Below, one piece after another: positions 57,450-64,000 of a DNA stretch of 64,000 nt. Under the pieces are notes generated by a model. That model was not told where the DNA came from. It worked only from the letters and a program-made list of their open reading frames with translations, and did no database searches. The translations under genes were made by a program, and so were the position numbers. Every line of letters starts with the position of its first letter. Within the stretch, counting starts at the first letter, position 1. The stretch comes from Candidatus Latescibacterota bacterium (lineage in GTDB: Bacteria; Latescibacterota; UBA2968), in the NCBI GenBank assembly GCA_965204745.1, contig OZ242010.1, positions 4,672,001-4,736,000 of the forward strand. The letters run 5' to 3'.

Positions 57450-57909
57450 GACAAGCTCCTTTCGTCGGGCGATGCCGGTGTGACAGATGACGTGTCGCGC
57501 CACGGATTTTATTGCGCGTCAAGCGTGCATCTGTTTCTATACGCTGCGAGATACAGCGCATTCTGACGGGCTAATTTATGCAAAAAGGTTCATTTAGTCA
57601 ACATTTTCAATAAAGATGTGAGAACGGACAGAGAATGGATTTCCGCGGCCGATACGGGCTTGCGTCGCCGCGTTGCTTTCGGGCTAAAGTCCGTCGGCAA
57701 ATGGCCGAATACTCCTGCGAGCGGTTGCGGTGCGGTTTGCCTGCGTTTTCCGTCATCGGTAAGCCAACTTCATCGGCGTATCAATCGCCTAAAAGAAAAT
57801 GATAGCGGGGCCAGAACGCAAGCGCGAAATGTAACGCATTGAAAAACAAAACCGCCCAATGCTACCGGAAAGGTGAGAGGTGAGAGGCAAGACGGGAGAA
57901 GACCACCCC

Positions 57910-58103
57910 TCTCACGCCTTTCATCTCACCTCTTGCGTCTCACCTCTTGCGTCTCACCTCTTGCGTCTCACCTCTTGCGTCTCACCTCTTGCGTCTCACC
58001 TCTTGCGTCTCACCTCTTGCGTCTCACCTCTTGCGTCTCACCTCTTGCGTCTCACCTCTTGCGTCTCACGCCTTTCATCTCACCTCTTGCGTCTCACCTC
58101 TTG
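57910..58103. repeat. 14-bp tandem repeat (tctcacctcttgcg), 10 consecutive perfect units plus variants
   Basis: Perfect run 57924-58063; inverted heptamers at 57872-57899. Confidence 0.92.
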
Positions 58104-58120
58104 TATCTTGGAAGTAAGGG

Positions 58121-59875
58121 TTAATTAGGTGTTGCGCCCTCGTATCGAGATAAGCCATCTTGATGCTCGGCCTTTAGTTCTTTGGTGTGTTCATGCCAAT
58201 AGAACGCGATCAACTTGTGCATCCGCACGCAGGTCACTTTGTCAATGCAGACCAGCATGGCCTTGCCGGTCTCCCACGCCGCCGAATAGTGTTGCGTGAA
58301 ATCCCGTGCCAACTGGTCGAGCCGCCGGCCCGCGGTTATCAGGTGGTAGTCGCGCTTGAGGTCCCGCTCCAACCGCTGTGCCACATCCACATCCTCGAGA
58401 TCTAACGCATCTAACTTTTCGGCGATGCGCGTATTCAGATCGCCAACCCCCACGCCCAACTTGTCGCCGCGGGCGTCGTAGTACAGCGGCACTGTGGCCC
58501 GATCCGCCACGGCCCGTTGAAAATCGTATGTCGAGATGTACGCGCCAAAAACCCGGCGCGTGATCTCGTCATCGACAAACAACGGCGTGCCGGTAAACCC
58601 GATATAACTGGCATTGGGCAACGCGGCGCGCATGTTGGCCGCCAACTCGCCGTATTGCGTGCGGTGCGCCTCGTCCGTCATGACGATGATATCGTCGCGC
58701 TGTGTGTACCCCGCGTTCGCATCGCGGTTGAATTTCTGAATCAAGGAGAAGACATGCGACTTGTGTTCGGTCAACAATCGGTTCAGATGCGCGCCGTTCG
58801 CCGCACGGCACGGGTCGAGATCGTGGTTCACCACGCCGCAACCGGCAAAGGTCTTGTAGATCTGCCGGTCGAGATCGTCGCGGTCCGTCAGCACCAAAAA
58901 CGTAAAATTGCCGCCCAATTTGCGGTGTACCTTGCGGGTGAACAGCACCATCGAATAGCTTTTGCCCGCGCCCTGCGTGTGCCAAAACACCCCCAGCTTG
59001 CCTTGCCGCGTCTTTCGCTCGCGCACCGCCTCAATCGCCCGGTTCACGCCCAAAAACTGGTGGTTGCGGGCGAGGATTTTCCGGACTTCGCCCGACGAGT
59101 CGTCGAACAAAATGAAGTTCTCCACGAGGTCCATGAAATCGCGCTTGTTGCAAACGCCCTTGAGTAGCGTCTCCATATCGACTGCGCCCGGCTCGTCTTC
59201 GGCCAATCGCTTCCACTCGTGAAAATGCGCCCACTCGCTGGTAATCGATCCGATCTTCGCCTGCTCCCCATTGCCAAACATCACCACGGCGTTGTGGTGA
59301 AAAATGTGCGGGATGGTATCTCGATAGTCCGAATAGTTCTCCTCGAACGCCGCCTTGAGGTCGCGGTGAATGTTCTTGCACTCGATGAACAACAGCGGCA
59401 GGCCATTGACAAAGCCGATGATATCCGCCCGCTTGCGATAGATATCCCCGCTGATCCAAAGTTCGCGCACGCACAAAAAGGCGTTGTTCTCCGGCGTCTC
59501 AAAGTCGAAAACGCGCACCCGCTCCCGCACTCGCTCGCCCTTGTCGTTGCTGAACTTGACCAGCACCCCATCGCGCATCAAATCGCACTTTTCCCGGTTG
59601 GTGGCGACAAGGGTCTGCGAGGCAACCGGGGCGATAAGTTGCCGAACCGCATCCCCATAGGCGTCATCGGGCAGGCCCGGGTTCAACGCCTCCAACTGCT
59701 CGCGCAACACGCGCACCAACACCACCTCGCGGTCAGAAGCCCGCCCCAACAAACCCTGCGGCCCAAAGTCCTCGCTGTTGTACGCATAGACCGATTCCCA
59801 CCCGAGTTGTCGCTCGAGATAATCGACAGTGGTCTGCTGAACGAGTGTGTCTTCTGTGTAGGAAGGTATGTTCAT
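58121..59875 (-). pseudogene. hsdR: Type I restriction endonuclease subunit R, C-terminally truncated (584 aa)
   Basis: RADIIGFVNGLPL.FIECK, HTQGAGKS, DEAHR, FTGTP; ends shortly after KAMLVC, later helicase motifs missing. Confidence 0.85.
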
Positions 59876-59905
59876 CCTCTCTCCTGTGATTCGACAAATT
59901 CGCTT

Positions 59906-60748
59906 TCACACTTCAGATATCTGCTTGGCAAATTCAGCCACTTGATCCTGTTCCGGATGCCCAATTTTTTTAACTATCTGCGCCGCACTCGCAACGAGTA
60001 GCCGACTTAGCGGCTCTAGGTCGATCATCTGTGCTTGCTCGCAGACAGCCAGTACCCGGTCAAAGTGTGTATCGAGCAACTGGCGTATCTGGTATTTTCC
60101 GTCCACGACCCCATCGGTCATGTAGTGGGCGAGTATCTCGGCCGCCTTCGCTAAGTGATAGAGTCCGATCAATTCCAGTGCGGTCGCCTTGGCATGAACC
60201 GGCTCCAACGCTTCGAGATGATCCTTTTCAAAATCAGCTTGAGCGTCGCGCAACCGGGATATTCGCTCTAAGACCTCGTCGCGGTCCGACCATCCATCCT
60301 TGCGGATAAGTCGTAGCCAAACATCCAAGACCGTCGCCCAAGTACGCCTACGCCAATCTTTTGAATCGATGGGAAGATCGGGCCATGGATCCTCTTTCAT
60401 CCATCGCGCCGCATCTCTACCCTTGTCGCCCAATACGGCGAGAGTTCCTGCTCTCAACAAAAACATCCCCGCTTCGAGAGGATCTTTTGGTCTCGGCAAG
60501 ACGCGGAGCAGACGGAAAGCATCGGCGGCAGCGCGTTTCAATTCCCTTTGTTTTTCCTCATCGTCCGCAAGGTCTTCAAGCACGAGATCGAGCACAGCGA
60601 TTTCCAGCATTTCGGCAGATTGCCGGATCAATTCATCGTCCACTGCGGAGGGCGCATTGTGCGATTCGCGGAAAATCTGTGCACGCTTAGCTTGCTTTCG
60701 CGCCCGTTGGCGCGTCTCGCTGAGTTTGTCGAGCAACCAATGGCTCAT
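59906..60748 (-). pseudogene. Helical N-terminal remnant, probably of a DEAD/DEAH (HamB-like) helicase lacking its core
   Basis: All-helical 280 aa with no Walker A or DExH motif; coupled to the upstream nuclease-like gene; family call is inference. Confidence 0.45.
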
Positions 60749-61532
60749 GATCCACCTCCCGATACGCGATATGGAAGATCGGCAATTGTGCAGGGCAGAT
60801 TATCAAACGACATGTGGTTGGGGCTTGTAGTGACCCCGCCAACGTTTGTCCTCGTACTCGCAAATCCAATTCATGGGGTTGCGTGTCCCGGATCAGAACG
60901 CCAAAGAGCGCGATAGCCCTGTTGCCTGAATCGAAAAAAAGTCCGACAGCCGCATTGAAGGACGCCTCGTATTGCGTGTTCTTACAACGAGGCGAAAGCC
61001 ATCTGAGAATTTGACGAATCCGTGACAAGTCGTTCGCCAAAACGTCAATCTGATGCGTCATACCGCTCTTACCGCTCATCACTTGAGGCGGATAACGGTT
61101 TTCGCTGGAAGATTTCACTTCCCCAAGCACGAGGTACTCAACCCCGTCAACATTTGTAAATCCAATCAAATCCGCACCAGGAAGGCTCGCATTGGGATTG
61201 CGCTTGTCGCGTGCCATGTTCCATGGCCAGATAACTGCGTACTCGCGACTCAGGTACGCTTCGGCTATGGCTTCGCCCACTGCCCAATCCCGTTCTTCAG
61301 GAACTTTAGCGTTCAGAATAGCGTCGAGGCTCTCGCGACCAAAGCCCGTACTCGGTAGCCCCCGAAGGATTGCTTCAAATTCGGCGTTGCCCTCTTCATC
61401 GTGAAGCCGCGATGAAACATCGTTGGACATAAACGTATTAAATTCGGCGTCATCTCTCATGCTTACACCCCGCCATGTGACCTGCCCGGCTTGATCTTCG
61501 TAGTTGACGGTTGTTAGGGCAATTCCCGTCAT
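60745..61532 (-). CDS. PD-(D/E)XK nuclease-like protein (HamA/DUF1837-like), frameshifted near the C-terminus
   Basis: GEAIAEAYL...PGADLIGF...LGEVKSS; an alternative frame LPCTIADLPYRVSGGGS* ends in an ATGA overlap with the next start. Confidence 0.55.
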
Positions 61533-62614
61533 ACAGCCACCTCCCCATTCATCAGGCGCGGCAAAAGCAGATCGCGGGCTTTTGCAAGTAGTTTGTTTTG
61601 TTCGAGAAGTACTCTTATTTGGTAAAAATTGTGCGATACTGATTCTTCAAACATACTCACCATAGTACCTTTTGGAACGAGCAATGGCAATCTTTGTAAG
61701 TCTTTAGGGTAAACGTGAGGTTGCGCTGCACCCTTTTGGAATCCAAATATCTCCTTCTGTTTTGATTTCATAAGTTCAAAAAGATAGTATAGATGCTCTG
61801 TTGATTTCCTGCTGATATAAGAGCAGTCAGAGGCCCAGATATCTTCGTGGTAAAGATTCACGTATCCGGCGTTGGCTCCAGAGGCACTGACAGTGATGAC
61901 TGGCCCAAGCACATTGGCGGTATCGTGGTAATAGGCTGGAGATAAACCGCCAGCAACAACCGGCACAGAGCCATTGGTATTAGCTGAATTTTTGGTGATG
62001 TTCTTTCCCCTTGTTACATCCACTATGTCGCCCAAGGTCTTTCTCTCCCACCCCTCCGGCACGCCATCAATAATTTTGGCGCGTTCATACCCCGGAAAGC
62101 GTAGGTGGACGAACCACTCTTTGTAGAGCAACCGCGCCGCCTGTTCCAGCAACTGAATCCGCCGCCGGTTGTTTTCGATGAGGTCGTCGTAGGCAGAGAG
62201 GATGTCAACGATTCTGTCCTGTGTTGGTAGCGATGGGATAGAAACCTTGAGTTGCAAAGCGTTTGATCTATTCAGCCCGGGAACAGCAACGTCAGTGTTC
62301 ATGCGAGCAAGTGGTAATGTCTTCAGCAAGTAGTAAATGTACCTCAGTCGCGTGTCCTCTGTTTTGGGAACGACGTAATAGGTCGTGTCTATGGGGTAGA
62401 AATCCCGAGCTGTCCAATACACGGATCCAATCGTCCCTTTACGACCAACCACCACACCTGGGCCTTGAACGAGAGCTTGGTTGTGAGTATCGACAATGCC
62501 ACCCGATCCATACACGGGAACAGCCCCAGGTTTTCGATCACGAGCGGGTAGTCCTTTCCCATAAACAAACTGAACTAAATCACCGAGGTGCGCGTTTTTT
62601 GCTTTATCCTTCAT
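61529..62614 (-). CDS. hsdS: Type I R-M specificity subunit S
   Basis: Two TRDs, PSLPTQDRIVDILSAYDDLIENN, VPEGWE, RDLLLPRLMNGEV. Confidence 0.93.
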   Translation of the reverse strand: MKDKAKNAHLGDLVQFVYGKGLPARDRKPGAVPVYGSGGIVDTHNQALVQGPGVVVGRKGTIGSVYWTARDFYPIDTTYYVVPKTEDTRLRYIYYLLKTLPLARMNTDVAVPGLNRSNALQLKVSIPSLPTQDRIVDILSAYDDLIENNRRRIQLLEQAARLLYKEWFVHLRFPGYERAKIIDGVPEGWERKTLGDIVDVTRGKNITKNSANTNGSVPVVAGGLSPAYYHDTANVLGPVITVSASGANAGYVNLYHEDIWASDCSYISRKSTEHLYYLFELMKSKQKEIFGFQKGAAQPHVYPKDLQRLPLLVPKGTMVSMFEESVSHNFYQIRVLLEQNKLLAKARDLLLPRLMNGEVAV

Positions 62615-62706
62615 ATTCGTTGCTCCTCCTGCGATACGGGTACGAAATTGCGCGCCACCCCGCCATGTGCGTTATACCAAACGGACAACCCGAAAGCGAG
62701 TTGGTA

Positions 62707-62901
62707 TTACAGCCCTTCATACATCTCTGGATCCGGTTCAATTTCCACGACCTCGCCATCGCGCATCACGACAACGCTTGTGCCGGTCTGATGCGCGATC
62801 TGGTGTGCGCGTCTGGCGGCTCGCATGAGCGCGGCCGGCACAGCCTGCATATCGGGGTCTGTCAGTTTGGACACGGGGATTTGGTATTTGTCCTTCTTCA
62901 T
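62707..62901 (-). CDS. Small protein coupled to the zeta-like ATPase (putative antitoxin)
   Basis: ATGA overlap; ALMRAARRA...A.QTGT.VVV.RDGEVVEI. Confidence 0.65.
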   Translation of the reverse strand: MKKDKYQIPVSKLTDPDMQAVPAALMRAARRAHQIAHQTGTSVVVMRDGEVVEIEPDPEMYEGL

Positions 62902-63407
62902 CTGCTGTTCTCTCCTTCATCTTCCAGAACGAGCCTAATGCCGCTGGCATTCAATTTTTGCCAGTAATCAACGCAATGTCGGTATATCGTCTCGAAGTTC
63001 AAAAGACCGCTGGCGAAACGACGGCGTATGACCGCTTCTGGAACCTGATGTCCGCCTTGTCGCACCCGCGCTTGCACGCGCCGAATGGCTTCCTCGGGCG
63101 TCGCAAGCGACAGAAATATCAGTTTGACCCTGTAACCATCATCGCGCCATTGCCGAATCATCTCGACATATCCCCGCCCCGATAGCGTGGTTTCAAAGGC
63201 AAAATTTCTTCTGTTGCGAGCGTGACGGTTGATTTCCTCCAGCATCAGTCGCCCGGCGCGAATAGTCGCGGGGCGAAAGGGCGATAGCCCTACGGCGATC
63301 AAGTCCGCATTGACAAAGATCGGACAGCCCGCCTCATTGGGCAGATATTCTCGCGCAAAGGTCGTCTTACCGGCCCCATTCGGCCCGGCGATGATAATGA
63401 TTTTCAT
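62898..63407 (-). CDS. Zeta-toxin-like P-loop ATPase/kinase
   Basis: IIAGPNGAGKTT, FVNAD, FAFETTLSG, RV..RVRQGGH.VPE..IRRR. Confidence 0.85.
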   Translation of the reverse strand: MKIIIIAGPNGAGKTTFAREYLPNEAGCPIFVNADLIAVGLSPFRPATIRAGRLMLEEINRHARNRRNFAFETTLSGRGYVEMIRQWRDDGYRVKLIFLSLATPEEAIRRVQARVRQGGHQVPEAVIRRRFASGLLNFETIYRHCVDYWQKLNASGIRLVLEDEGENSR

Positions 63408-63590
63408 TGCTTGATCGCCAAACTCTGAAAAAAAATATAAGACGTTCCGCGTTCATTTTTCCCAACCGCGTTTCCACGAATCCCGAAGCCTTCTTTGCAA
63501 AGCGACCGGGTCATCCACATCTCGAAATGTCCGAATTTTACCGGCGAAATCCGACAGGCGGTTTGCCCCTTTTGTGGCGGAACCCACTTT

Positions 63591-64000
63591 TCATCCTATC
63601 TCCCTCCCACGCTCGGTCAGCCGATACTTTTGGTCTCTTGCGGTGGGCGATTCGGGGCGCGTCATTTCCACCAGTCCCGCGGACAATGCCGGGCGAATGT
63701 AGTTTTTTCGGAACGTTGGGCGATGCGATAGGCCCATCTCTGCCATCAATTCAGCCGCGGTTTTCGGGCCTGTTCGCAAGGCAACGAGCAACCGCGCTAC
63801 TTGGTCGCTTACTTGGTCGCTTACTTGGTCGCTCAGCGTGGGCATCTGGAGTGCCGCGTGAACAATCTCCAGCATGAACGCAATGAACGGCGTGCTTTCG
63901 CCCACGGACGAACTCTGTCTGATGGCTTCGTAGTAATCGCCTTGGCGGGCATAAACCAAACTCTCTACGGAAATGTGGGCGAATAGGGATTTCCAGCGGG
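63591..64000 (-). CDS. Fic family protein, C-terminal part with HTH (5' end outside the window)
   Basis: VESLVYARQGDYYEAI...STPFIAFML, (SDQV)x3, FRKNYIRPAL..GLVEMT.PESP....QKYRLT. Confidence 0.75.
   Translation of the reverse strand, partial: RWKSLFAHISVESLVYARQGDYYEAIRQSSSVGESTPFIAFMLEIVHAALQMPTLSDQVSDQVSDQVARLLVALRTGPKTAAELMAEMGLSHRPTFRKNYIRPALSAGLVEMTRPESPTARDQKYRLTERGREIG

Noticed and set aside
57450-57870. Cobalamin or TPP riboswitch upstream of the TonB receptor
   Set aside because: I could not find the conserved boxes by eye; an Rfam/Infernal scan would settle it.
52860-64000. tRNA-anchored integrative element carrying the R-M island
   Set aside because: No integrase and no duplicated tRNA 3' end visible in this window.

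Overview
GC-rich bacterial chromosomal segment. The LRR/Ig, SEL1, WG, GWxTD, PhyH, sulfatase and Rpn gene content resembles host- or sponge-associated Latescibacterota/Gemmatimonadota-like genomes; this is inference only. It carries housekeeping genes (coaD, lon, pyrE, tamB, tRNA-Glu(CTC), tRNA-Arg(ACG)), several transporters and oxidoreductases, a higBA locus and an Rpn-family nuclease. A probable sigma54-driven cluster of three tandem SEL1 genes leads into an outer-membrane protein, an S41 peptidase, an ABC transporter and an NtrC/histidine kinase pair. The right end is a decaying type I restriction-modification island with a Hachiman-like nuclease/helicase insert. Many intergenic spaces are mosaics of at least five small repeat families. 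The strongest candidate for an undescribed system is a DUF559 endonuclease gene (about 3029/3053-3427). Its reading frame begins and ends in copies of a palindromic REP-like element, which forms arrays on both flanks and recurs at 12.2, 15.2, 27.6 and 39.2 kb. This is a RAYT/REPIN-like layout with a non-HUH nuclease. Other leads are an internal, SD-led RpnS-like antitoxin frame and a 35-nt module with GNA mini-hairpins nested in the REP. No CRISPR array, reverse transcriptase or intact transposase was seen.
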